Assembly (NCBI RefSeq): GCF_011745625.1
Contig: NW_027191472.1
Span: 248,001 to 312,000 of the forward strand
Reading direction: 5' to 3'
Length of the DNA stretch: 64,000 nt
Source of the DNA: Cladosporium halotolerans
Lineage: Eukaryota
Of the stretch, positions 1 to 11,971 are shown piece after piece. The translations under genes and the position numbers were made by a program. Every line of letters starts with the position of its first letter. Position 1 is the stretch's first letter. The notes beneath the pieces were generated by a model. The model saw nothing but the letters and a program-made list of their open reading frames with translations. It was not told where the DNA came from and ran no database searches.

Positions 1-2578
1 CACCAGCTCCTTAGTATCCTGCCTGATCGCCTTCGCACCAGCAAGGTGCAAGGTTCCACTAATGCCCATCTTCATCTTGCTCCTGAAGTCCCCTCCAAGC
101 GTCATCAGCGTGCCCAAAGCGGCGAGCGTGCGGTGCACGGCGTCCGGCTCGCCGGCATGCGGGCTGTCAGACTCGAGCAAGAAAGCGATGTCGCGCAGCA
201 GAACCTCGGCGCGGGCCTCGCGGCTGCCAGACTCGGATGAGGGGGCTTGGGAGGCCAGCAGCACGGCGTGGTTGAGGTAAAGCGTCGCGAGGGCTTTGGC
301 TTGCGCAGGGGATTCGGGGGCGGAAGCGAAGGGGCGGGCGAGCTGGAGTGTTTCGTCGAAGGTGCCGGAAGCGATGAGCTGGCCTTCCGAGGTGGCGAAG
401 ACGTTTGCTAGCAGGCGGAGGCCGTGGACTACGTTGTTGGCTGATGCTTGGTTGGGCGCCAGAATGCCGGCTTCGGAAAGAGTGTTGGTGATGTCCTTGT
501 CGCCTGAGCTTGTCGAGGCGATGAATGCAGGAGAGACTGCGAGGACTGCAAGGACGCCGATTGCCGGAACGCGGGCTTTTTCGTCCCAGGTTGTTGCAAC
601 CTTGAGAAGCGCCGCTGTTTGCTCGGATGTAGGATGCGGGTCCTTCTTATTGGGAAGTTGGTCTGGGAGCTTTTGGAGGGCTGCAGACTCATCCGCTGTG
701 AGGCTGTTGGACGCTTGCGCCTTGTCGACGATAATCTTGATCGCGTTGGCTGGGTTGCCTTCAACGATTGTCACGTAGCTACGCTGTGGCAGCTTACGGC
801 CTCCTGACCCAGAAGACACGTCGCCAGGGCGGTACCTGCGTTCCATACCCCACGGGTCTGATGCCTGAGTCTGCTGCGCCTGACCTCCCGAGCCTTGTCC
901 AAGGCGAGCTCCTTTTGTGTTTTCCGAGATCCAGTTAGCCACTTGCTCGTAATAGCTCATCGGCAACTCGTTCCTTTCGAGGAACTTGCGCGCAGCGTCC
1001 CATGGTGATTCGGTAAGATTGTAAGGTAGCTTGAGAGGCGGCTTTCCTTCCTCGATGTCAATGTCAAAGACATAATCGTACTGCTGTCCGTTGAGCTCCT
1101 TCTTTCCAGAGCCGGAGCCTTCGCCGGAGACGACAGTGCCAATCTTGATAGATTTCGTTAGTGTTTTGCATCAAAACATTCCAACTCTCAGCCACTTACA
1201 AGATCCCACTGCCCTCTCGAGCTAGACCACAGATGTGCCGTTACGCTGCCGTCTTGCTCACGGATGAAAAGCTGCTGGCCATCTCGCTCGCCAGTCTTTG
1301 TCTGGAGAGCCTCTGTGCATCAAATGTCAGCGCAGTTTCCAGATATCAAGACGCTATCAAACGGTCGACTTACCGGGTCCCGGCAGATCTTCCTTCTCAA
1401 AAGGCATGTTCTGGCTCGCCGTCTCCGCAGGAATAGCATACATCTTGTTGCTCTCTTCGAACGACTTGATAGCCTACAACATCATCGTCAGCACCTTTGA
1501 ACGAAGACTGTGAATCGATCCATGGAACATACCTCAGGATCAGCATATCTCTCCGGATCTCTCGTGAAGACCCTGATGGTCTTGTCCGACGCTCCGCTAA
1601 CGATATCGCCAGTCTCCTCGCACGCCGCCACACTCCAGATGCTCACGGCCGGGTGTGTAATGGTCTGCACGCACTGCCCATCGCGGAACACACGGACGGT
1701 CCTGTCCTCGCCCGCGCTCACAATGTCGCCATTCGGCGCGATGGCGATGCTGTAAATGTACGCCTCGTGGCCGTGCAGCTCACCCATTGGCTCACCATCC
1801 AGCGACCACAGACGCACAACCTCATCGTTGCCGGCCGAAGCGAATGCCGCACCTGACCAGTGACCGGCTGGGATCTTGCAGAAGCAGCGAGGGACGTCCG
1901 TGTGACCCTGAATGGTGCGCAGGAGCTTGCCGTTGATGTCGAACATGCGGATGGCCTTGTCGGCGCAGGCGGTGAAGACGAATTTCTCGTCGTACACTAG
2001 GATGCCCCAGACGGTCATCGTGTGGCCGAGGAGCTCGGCGGTCACTTCGCCGGCTTCGACGTCCCAGACGAAGACTTGGCTATCCCAGCCGCCGGAGATG
2101 AGTTTGCTACCATCTGCGCTGAAGGCGAGGCAGCTGATGGTATGGGCGTGGCGGGGCAGGATACGGTAGGGATCTGAGTCGGATGTCGTGCCGGGTTGCT
2201 TGACGTAGACGATGGTCTCTTTGCCGCCGGCTGCGATGAGGCCGTCAGGGTATTGCTTTGAAGGCGGTGCGAATGCGAGGGCGTTGAACCAGTCTGATGC
2301 TTGCACGGATATTGTGTCGTCGTACAGAGGCGGTTGCGGTGAGGTTAATGTCCATTGTCGAACGGTGCTGTCTCGAGATGCTGAGAGGACGGTCTGCTTG
2401 GAAGGGAAGGCGACTGCGCGGACCTATGTGGGGGGTTAGATTGCTCTCCATCGTTGCACAGCAAGGATAGAGCTCTCACAGAATCAAGCTTGACAATAAA
2501 AAAAAATAAAGGTCACATGATACTCACATCTTCTTCGTGGCCACGCAGCGTTGCTGAGAGCTTGAATTCGCCTGCCAT
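1..2578 (-). CDS. DOA1: Ubiquitin homeostasis protein Doa1/Ufd3/Lub1 (PLAA ortholog): WD40 + PFU + PUL, 3' end outside window
   Basis: ATG at 2578 gives MAGEFKLSATLRGHEED, then a GTGAGT intron (2527-2424), then VRAVAFP and WD40 repeats (GHTDVPR, GHEAYIYS, HPAVSIWSVA, DIVSGASD). After further introns (~1532-1474, ~1373-1314, ~1199-1145) comes the PFU signature YDYVFDIDIEEGKPPLKLPYNLTESPWDAARKFLERNELP. The frame runs off position 1. Confidence 0.93.
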
Positions 2579-3603
2579 GGTAGGGCGAGTATCTGGTCGA
2601 GAGGAAACGTATCCGTCCGGATTCCTCTGTGATCAGGTTTTCGAATCGTATGACAGGTCGTGATCGCAAATCTGTTTAGCAAGGGTTTGTCAAGTTGTCA
2701 TTCAGGTTCGCCATAGCTGTGACGGACTCGCTGGTGAAGTTGCAAACGTCACTGCTTCGTTGCGAGCGATTGCCCCACCGAACTTTCTGCCTCAGGCTTC
2801 CTGTCGCTGACTAACATTTCCATCTCGGCGACTCCTTGGTCTATGAAGGCAATGGATGGACTGCATATCAGGCATCGAAGAGCATTGGAGTGGGATGATC
2901 GAACGCAGCTTCACACTAGCGATGATAGCAAATATCGTCAAGTGAGGAAGCGCATTACAACAGCTCGAATTGCAACGATCGCATCGAAACCCCACGCATA
3001 GAAAAGAAACAAATGCAATTGCACATGATATACCAAGGCCAACCCGCATGAAATACGAAAAGAAACGCGAGAGTATTTTCCTATTACGAACACGGAAGTA
3101 GACGTAACACGCAGGCTCTTCTCAACAACCAAACCTCTGCAATCCACCAACCGCCCAACTCACCAGCCCTGAATCCCTCACCAACATCTCCAGCCAGCCA
3201 CGAAACAACAAAACCTCCCGTCAACCGCATCGCGTCGCGTCGTGTCGTGTTGCGCCAACCCTCCGGTCGGCATCATGCCACCCAGCGTTCACCCACACCT
3301 ACACAGCGTGTGCCAGCCACCCCACGCAGACCGCCAAACGCAAACAATGCAAACCGCCCTGCGACGCAATGCAATGCAGGCGCCGTCATACGGTGGCCTT
3401 AACCCGGCTCGCACGACAGAGCGGGTCGTCGGCTGCGAGGACATGTTGACAGACGGGCAGACGGGCAGACAGACGTCAGCAACGGGGAACGGTGAGCGTA
3501 ACGCCAGTGTACATGTACAGTACATGTAGGTCGACAGGAACAAGCAAACGGTGCGCGACCTGCATGCAGGATACGAAACGTGGGGCTTGGACTTGGGCTG
3601 GCT

Positions 3604-3622
3604 GAGAGAGAGAGAGAGAGAG
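3604..3622. repeat. (GA)n microsatellite
   Basis: gagagagagagagagagag read directly. Confidence 0.9.
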
Positions 3623-3807
3623 CTCGCCCAAGGGCGCGCCCGCTTGAAACAATCGAGATACACATGGTATGCATCGAGCCCATCAGAGATCTGACGTGCA
3701 TCGCTTATCAGGCCCCGCCCCACGCGGTCGAATCGCAAGTGACGACTACTGTACCAATTCTCGACGGCGGCCAAAGGCGACTACTGTCAGCCTCTCAGGC
3801 CATCTTA

Positions 3808-4030
3808 CCAGGAACAGGGGAGATGGCGTTCCTGGCGTTTCCCTCTCCAACCCATGCACCCGGCGCCGCCAAAAGCAAACGCCAGCCTTGGGATACCCGG
3901 CCAGGAACAGGGAAGATGGCGCACATTGGCATGCGCATTGCCCTCTCCACACCGCAAAGCAAAGCCATAAACTATGTATCTCCCAGCCGCACGCCCGCGC
4001 CCCAGGAACAGGGAAGACGGCGCTCCGTCT
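3808..4030 (+). repeat. Three spaced copies of a 21-bp motif CCAGGAACAGGG(G/A)AGA(T/C)GGCG in a degenerate ~95-bp tandem array
   Basis: Copies start at 3808, 3901 and 4002. The first two spacers share ccctctcca and aaagcaaa. Confidence 0.8.
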
Positions 4031-7020
4031 CCCTCCTCATCCCGGCCTTCTCGAAGAGATTGGCGCGGGAGATAGCCTTCCGCTGCGCGGCCGACGTGAT
4101 CAGCCGCAGGGATGTCGCCGCGCGCTCCGCTCCCTCCCCTCACCGCGGGCAAACACGACACGAGAAAAAAGAAAGTGCTTACATACATACATTCACACAC
4201 GCACGCGGGCGGGCATGGATGCGCGTCCCGCCCGACTTTCTGACAGACGGACAGAAAGATGGACTGGGCCCACCAGCCCGCGGGCTCCACTCCTGCCATG
4301 TACGTACTGCTGCGACTGTACTGTTCCTGATCGGACGACGTGCATACGCCTGTCTCGAGTGTACACAGACGGCTGAAACGCGCGATCGCGAACCCCCGCG
4401 GGACCACTCAGAGGGCCCTTGGCCTTTGGGCCGCTGTGGAGCGGTTGCCGGCTTCGAAGCAGGGTGCAGATCGTGCGGTCTGGAAAAGACTTCAGGCTTT
4501 CGTGCGCCCGCGGGATCGTTCGACGTGGTGGGGCGATTCGCAGGGCAGGGCGGAATGGAAGGGGACGTTTGCGCTTGCTGATTAAGGGCATCGAACCTCG
4601 TTGCGAGCGCGGGATGATCGTGCTGTGCTGGACGGCTAAGCGGCGTGCGTGCGTGCGCGCGTGGGGATGGGTGAGATTGCTCTTGGGGTGTATTTTACAT
4701 TACAGGAGTCGTCGTGCGCGGTGCGACTGGTTCTGCGGGCGCGCGCTGGCGTGTGCTACGGAGGGGACATGGCACGGCGCCTTTCTTGGTTTGATGAAGT
4801 GCAGAACCTACATACATGCTGTCCCTGCGATGCGCATTGGGGACGTCAAACGGCCGGGGTGAAATGTCGGCATCCGGAGTCGTGTCCAGCGCGCGCGCAG
4901 AGCTGGGCCAACCATCGAGAGCCAATCTCGGCGTTCGCAGCACGCGCCGCCGCACGAATCTCTCTGGCTTCGGCCTCCCTATACCGGCTTGAGGCAAGCT
5001 CGCTCCCGGGTGCTGTTGCTGCAATTTTTCGCGCCCGGCGATCTTCGCGCCAACCTTCTGCGCGTCGTTTGTGGTTGATCTGCTACGCTGTGCGCGACTG
5101 GCTTTGGGGCTATTGGCAACGGTTTCTGCTCGCGTGGAGGCCGGAGGGCAAGTTCAGGCGAGGGCACGAGAGCGGCGGGAGAAGTCATCGCCTGGTGCCG
5201 GCGAGGTGTCGCGCGACCAGGACGGCATACCGCTCCGCAAGCAATACGAAGCGGTCGCTATGCTTCGCGTCCTTCCAAGGCAGGCGGGCAGTAAACAAAG
5301 AAAATGAGATGCGTCCACGCACGCTGCCATCTGACGTGCTGCGGCACTGCGGTTTCACCTGCATCGGCGGACACCGGCGAGTCGGCGGCCGACTGGCCGG
5401 GCAGATGGGCGCTGCTGCTGCCGGCGCTTGTGTCACTCGGACACGCAAACGTGTGTCGCTCAGGGTTCTTTCTGGGGGAGCGGGACAACGGGCTAGGTAA
5501 GGTGCTGCTGTGCGATGATGGAATCAGGCCCGTCGTCGTCGTCGCGGCCGGCGGCTGGCCGCATTAGCTCGCTGCGATCCTGCCTGCTTGTGGGCTCGAC
5601 CCCGCGCATCGTGACTCCCTGAGGCTAATAAGGTAGCAGCGGTAAGGCTTCAACTCCGGCGGTGCTGCGTGACTACCTACCTTACTCTCAGAGCGGCGCG
5701 CGCGTGCGCGGTGCAAGGGAGGCGAAATGCGCGGCGACACCGCAACCCACGGTCCGGCAGATCAACACGCGCGTCCGCACGCTCGCCACACCAGGCACTT
5801 GGGATGGCACCGCAGGCGCAGGAGAAAGCCGCAATGGCGCGCCCTGCAGCGTTCCTGAGGCGCAGCCAGAGGGCGCGCCAAAAGGCGCCCGGCAGACGCC
5901 CTCGCCACAGCGTTCAGAGACATGTGTGGTGTCTCAGAGCGCGAACCACGGCGCCCGACAAGGCCGCCGGTCGTCGCGCAGCCCCAGGTCTCCGGGCTCG
6001 CGCGAGCGGGCGCTGCTGGTCTGTAAGTTTCGGCAGGTCTCTTATCGCGGGCGTGCTATGGACGCTGCCACGCCTCTTCAGCGCTGTGGTAGGCTGGTGC
6101 TGGGACAAAGGCGTGACGGCCCTGCTGCCGCGCGCACGCGCTGTCTTACGACGACGGCGATGACGACGGGCACAGCGAGCAGCGAACGAGGGGGCGGCGG
6201 GCTCGTGGTAGCGCCGCGGGAGGTGCAGCAGCGCAGCAGCGCAGCAGTGCTACTGGTATCATGCGGCCGCGCTGTTCGGGGCAGCGCGGTGGAAGCAGTA
6301 ATTCGTTTCCGGCGAGTCTAGGTGGTGAGGGCAGCGGCGGGCGCGGCGCATCAATCTCTGTCCAAAGCTTGACTCGCAGGCTGCCCATCCCGGATGGGCG
6401 TCCGAAATGCTGCCATCCCCACGCCGTCGCATCCTCCAAGGGCTCCCACGCATGTAGCGTACCGCAGGCGCGTGTTCGCGCGGTCGTCGCTCGTGGGGCG
6501 GGCGAGACGCATCGCGGCCGGCCTCGTGGCGGCGCACGGCGTGCACCCTCAAGACCAGAGGCGGCGGCGGGCTGCTCACGAGGCTCACGAGGCGTGCGCC
6601 CGGCTCGCTGCGGCGGCGGCGTGTGTCCGTGAGAGAGCCATCCAGGCGTGTGCTGGGCAGTTAGGGTACCTTAGGCAGGCCTCTTCAGCGCAGGGCGTCG
6701 GCAATCTCTCGATCGACAGGCATCAAGCCAGGCGGGCCGGATCCACGTGCTGCGTGCGCGCCACTGCGCCTTCTAGCGCCAAGCGCACTGACGCGGCGTG
6801 CAGGGCACAGGGAGAGGTCGGCAGGAGGAGACGGCGGGCGCCGTGTGGGCGGAAGGGAGTGAGAGCGTGAGCGGTGGCAGCGGCAGCGGTTTGGCGGTCT
6901 CGCAGCAGCCAGCGGCGCCGCGGCTGCTGGGGCTTGCCGTCGCCCGTGCCAGGGTCTCCCCTCCTGCCCTCCTGCAGGCCTGGCCCACGCCGTTCGCTGC
7001 CATCCGCCGCCTGCTGGAGC

Positions 7021-7048
7021 ACTGGGCCACTGGGCCACTGGGCCACTG
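7021..7048. repeat. 8-bp tandem repeat (ACTGGGCC)x3
   Basis: actgggccactgggccactgggccactg, upstream of the BTB gene. Confidence 0.85.
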
Positions 7049-7379
7049 CGCCAAAGCTCGGCCTCTGCGCTCGTCGTCACTGCCGCCCGCCGGCCCTGCT
7101 GATCCTATATCATCGCCTGGCCGCTCCTCGCACGCCGCCTGCCCTCGCACGAGAGACCTCACACACACCACACACACCACACACGCCGACACACGCGCCC
7201 ATACCATCGACACAGACAATCGCCCACAGCGCCCCGCCTTATTCCCGCCTCCACCCCTGTCGCGGCTCCCACCCTCCACGCCCGTTACACGTCTGACGAT
7301 CCCCGAGCCCCGTCCAGCCCGTCGCTGCTGCACCTTCGGCTCTCCGCTATCAAATTGCGCGCAGACTCTGCCCGCCGCA

Positions 7380-8496
7380 ATGGCTTCCGCCGCGCGCAGC
7401 AACCCTCATAATGACTTGATGAGTGCTTTGTCGACGTCAGTACCCTCCCGTCAATTCCCACTCCTCCCTGCTCAACCACGGCTACACCTCCACAACCACC
7501 ATGGGCCGTACTTACATGCGCAACAGACTTCACCTCGGTGGCAAGTACTCCGATCTGACCATCACCTGCAACGACCGCCAATGGTCCGTCCACAAGGCCA
7601 TTCTGTGCTCCCGCAGCGGCTTCTTCGACGGCGCATGCAGCAATCGTTTTCGCGAGGCTGACACTGGCGTCATCGACCTGAGCGAGGATGACGAGGATGC
7701 AGTCGAGCAGATGATCCATTGTACGTTCTTCATGCAACATGTTCTGCGTCGCCGCCATGCACCCTGCACGCGCGACGTGCTTTCCCTCTCGGCCTGCGTC
7801 GACTGACACCTCACCTTCACAGTCTTCTACCACCTCGACTACTTGAACGATGAGACCGACCACGAGGCCTCGGCCGTCTTCCGTCACCGTCTGCTGTCCG
7901 ACGCCCGACGAAGACTTCCCAAGAAGGTCGACCTCACCCTGATCGAAGACCCTCTCCTCGCCCAAGCCGGAAACTACACCCAGCGTGAGCCTCAAATCGC
8001 CACTCCCATGACCCCTCCCGACTCCGCCATCTCCGTGAAGACCGACGTTCAATTCAAGAACAAGGTCAAGAGCCCACGATCCCCGCGCTCGCCCGCCCGC
8101 AGCCGCCAGCAAGCTTCGCCTTACCACTCCGAGGCCAACAGCGACTGCGAGTCCGACGAGGAAGAGGACGTCGGCGAAGAGGAGTCCCACCTCCTGCTCC
8201 ACACCCGTGTCTACGCTCTCGCCGAGAAGTACGACATCCCGTCTCTGAAGGAGGTCGCTCAGCAGAAGTTCGAGATGGCCATGGCCTGCTACTACGACTC
8301 GTCCGAATTCGCCGACGCAATCGAGGAGGTCTACTGCTCTACCATTGACTCCGACCGCGGCCTGAGGGACGTCGTCCTGCAGGCGTTCCGCTCTCACCCT
8401 GCGCTCGCCACGACTCAGGACGTGTACGCCGTCATCAAAGACACGCCCTCGCTCGCGTTCGAGCTCTTCAAGGTCGAAAGGGGTCTTCCGATATGA
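7380..8496 (+). CDS. BTB/POZ-domain protein (putative Cul3 adaptor), 3 exons: 7380-7435, 7527-7720, 7823-8496
   Basis: The spliced frame reads MASAARSNPHNDLMSALST|LHLGGKYSDLTITCNDRQWSVHKAILCSRSGFF...F(R)EA...IDLSEDDEDAVEQMIH|FFYHLDY...HTRVYALAEKYDIPSLK. These are classic fungal BTB motifs. Both introns are GT..AG with a CTTAC or CTGAC branch site and they preserve frame. Confidence 0.9.
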
Positions 8497-9138
8497 AAGA
8501 TTGCGACGGATTGATCCGGCATTATCTATCATCGTTTCGATCGACGCAGTTCCGTCGGTCTGGTGGCACAGTCAGTCATCACTTGCAGGTCATCAGGGTC
8601 ACATGACGCAAACAAAACACATTCAACCCGCACGACTATCGCCGCGGATTCGCTCCGCGACAATTGTCGCAAATCAAAAACCTCGCCACCTCACACCAGA
8701 AAGTGAGCATCAACCGGCGGCGACGGCAAACCAAAGCAACAAACGGCCGCAGAGACATCAGCACGCGGTCGCGAAATCTCGAAATCCATCTCTTCACATC
8801 ACATCAAATGGAGAAACGGTAACGGCAACAGCAACAGGGCATTTCGAAAGCAACACCAGAAAAAATGCATGGAGGCGTTAATTACGGGTTCTGTGGAAAG
8901 AACGGTCATGATACCCATTTTTTCGCACACGGTCGCCTTTTCTTCTTCACCCTCTTCTATTTTCCTTTCCCGCTCGCGCGGTCACTGTTGATCGGGGCCC
9001 GCGAGCGACGGCTGTTGGTCGTAGAGGCTTGGAGACACTTCGGAGCCTCTTTTTCTTTCTTTTTTTTCTCGTTGCATCTTTTGCCTTCAGGATCTAGAAA
9101 ACTGCATATCATAGCATCGAAGCGAATGAACAATCAGA

Positions 9139-9165
9139 CACTCCACTCCACTCCACTCCACTCCA
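9139..9165. repeat. (CACTC)n pentanucleotide microsatellite
   Basis: cactccactccactccactccactcca read directly. Confidence 0.8.
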
Positions 9166-9427
9166 CTTCCGTCGTCTCGCCAGCACCCACTTTCCTCCGA
9201 CGAAGCGAAGCGATCTCGCTTCTCGCTTCTCACAGACCTCCTATCGTCCCGCGAATCTCCCAACCGAGTCACACACATACCAGCGCGCATGCGTGCGTGC
9301 GTGCGTGCATGGCCCTCCTGCATCTCGCGTGCGCGCCACGCACCTCTACCCTACCTACCGTGCCAACCAACCGTTCGTACATCCACATCCCGATTCGGAC
9401 CGTCCGGTTCAATCGCATCGACCCTCG

Positions 9428-9472
9428 CATCCTATCCTATCCTATCCTACCCTATCCTATCCTATCCTATCT
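9428..9472. repeat. (CCTAT)n pentanucleotide microsatellite, ~8 units
   Basis: cctatcctatcctatcctaccctatcctatcctatcctat read directly. Confidence 0.9.
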
Positions 9473-11971
9473 ACCCAACCCAACACACAGCCCAATCCCC
9501 CCACCCCACCTATCTCAAACACCCTCCCCTTCCGTCCCCTCCCCTGCCTGCCTGAACACAGCCGCCGCTCCCCAATGCGCCTAGCCAAGGCCAGGCCAGG
9601 CAAGGTAGTAGGTAGGTAGGCAGGTAGGCAGCGCCCAGCCCAGCCGAGCCCAGCCCAGCACGGCACGGCACATCTTCACGCCCACAGCAGCAGCCCTTCC
9701 TCCCTCCCCGGTTCTGGCCAGCCGCGCCGGCTGGACCAGCCGGGGGAAAGCCACAAAGGCGCACTCACGCGCACCTCGCGTGCGAGACGCGAGACGCGGG
9801 TCGGACGCGAGCTCCGCCGTGCCCGAGTCTGCACGGCTTCGCGGCCGGAGACTGGCAGGGTTCGAACGGCGCGCGCGGCGGTGTGATTTGGATGCGGACG
9901 TGGACGACTTGGGCGCGCGGCGATTTGTGATGTGATTGATGGAAGTGGTGGCTTCGCGCGCGCAGGCAGGCAGGCAGGCAGAGGCGGGAGGTAGCGAGGT
10001 AAGGTAGGGAAGGGGAAAGAGGTTGCATGCGCGGACCCCGCACTCGACGGTGCGTTTGCGGGTTTGGTGGGGTGTGGGTGCGGTTCAGGGTGGGTGTGGG
10101 AGGTTTGGAGGACGGCTCGCGAGTCACGAGCCTGCTGCTCACGCACTTCCTACTGCTGCTGCCGCTGGGCGTGGGCATGAGATGGAGGGAGCGCCCGGGC
10201 TGGGCGGATGGAGGATGAAGACGGGGTTGCGTCTACTTGCGCGTCTTACCTTACCAATCCGATCCGATCCAATCCAATCCCACGTTTGCGATCGCGTTGG
10301 AACGATTGATCAGCAGCGCGAAACCGTCCAGTCGGCCTTCGCGCCGCTTTGGCAAAAACAACACTGAGGGAAAAAAAAATCAAAAATCCCCACGTCCCTT
10401 CTACAGTACTTCCCCGCGGAAGACCAGACACTGCTCATTCGTCAACGGCCAACGAACGAACGGCACAACACGCCAAAAGCTGACTCTGACATGCATCCCC
10501 CCATTCATCCATCCATCCATCCACCTAGACTCAGGCGTCCAGGCGCGCGGGATCGCGAGAAGCGCGTTTCAGAATATGCGCGCGTGGGGCGAACGAAGCT
10601 CCGTCGAGCTCGTCCAGCTCGTGCGATAGGGTACCTAAGGTATCTAGATACCTACCTGTAGCTTGTGTGGATTGAGGTGATGCTACCTAGGTACACTCTG
10701 CGATCGGCGCTGCAGCTTGCTTGTTTGGGTGGGAAGAGGAACCTTGCGGACCTACCGTCGAGCTCTGCTGCGAAGTGCTAGATGTGGGCAATGAGATAGG
10801 TCTCGGCGGGAGGGACAAGGCGGTGAAGAAGGCAAACGATGGGAGCGAGCTGACGGGCGTTTTCTGAAGAGGGCGAATAGGCTGGTACGGAGGGCTTGAG
10901 AGAGATGTGATTGGCCGGAAGGCTTGTTGTTGTCTACTGAATTCTAGACGGCCGTTGGAAGGATTCGAGTGTTCGCGTGCAAGTCGTTTAGCCGCGCTAA
11001 CAGCTAACTTTCCCGCCTGCTTCGAGCGGACTTTGCGATGGGGAGCCGAACGACGACGCGAACGAAAAACAAACGAAGCGAAAAGCTAGAAGGATGAAAA
11101 GAAAGACATCGCGCACGGAGGATTGTTCCAGCCCGTCCAGCCGACCGACAGGCTCGGAAGGCACAGTAGGTCCCGTACCAAGGCCGTGGGATCCCGCGAT
11201 TCGCTGCGCGCGGCAACGGTGGTTCGACACGTGGGACAAGATCGGGCTGTGCCTGCTTGGATTCTCTTGGACGACGCGGTATGTACCTTAAAGGCAACAA
11301 ACACTACGTATCGACTATGGTGGCGTGAGTATTTGCTTTTTGATGAAGCTTCGAGCAACGGTGGGGTCTGGAACCGGCGGCTTGGTGAAGGCTTCTGGAA
11401 AACGCCTTCGCTCGCGCCGCGGGCGGCCTTGTGGCTTCGTGTGGCGGACGATCTGGGGCGGTTCCTGGGAGGGGGTGATTTGATGGCTGTGGCGTGCAGT
11501 CCAGCCGCACGCCTTGTGGCGAATAGTGGCTGTATCGATATTGAACTCCTTAATACATCGATTGATGTGGCGTACATCTCAGCCGCGCGCCATGAGGCTT
11601 TGTTGCTTGAACGCTGTCGGCTGCACATAATCTATCGAGAAGCTTAACGAGACGCCACAGCTATTGCTGGGAGGGCTGTAGTCGTAGAGAGGCCCGGTAA
11701 ACCGCATTCATGTAGGCGTGATTCTTATCGCATTCGTCGTCTTGCGCATGTTCTGTAGGCTGTCCGTGAACACTAGGAAATTCGTGGAGTGGTTTGATGT
11801 AGAAATGAAGCGCACGTTGTCTTCGAACAGAATGAGCTCAAGCCGCTGGTAATGCTGCAGTCCGCGAGGCCACCAAATTTTCGACCAGAAGAGATGCTTT
11901 CGAGTTGATGTCGTCTGCCAGGACATGCCATGTGATGAGCCTGCTCCGATTATCTTCCCCATCTCCCCATC

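Noticed and set aside
3808..4030. CRISPR-like repeat-spacer array
   Set aside because: Eukaryotic context, only three repeats, 70-80 bp spacers that resemble each other, and no cas genes.
3580..7300. Long ORFs of 200-333 aa (3580-4581, 4649-5500, 5662-6321, 6798-7661)
   Set aside because: Arg/Ala/Gly-rich with no domain motifs, mostly non-ATG starts, and overlapping on both strands, as expected by chance in GC-rich DNA.
7285..8532. 415-aa minus-strand ORF, and similar antisense ORFs at 29042-30424, 49088-49774 and 55444-56079
   Set aside because: Antisense shadows of genes with strong codon bias.
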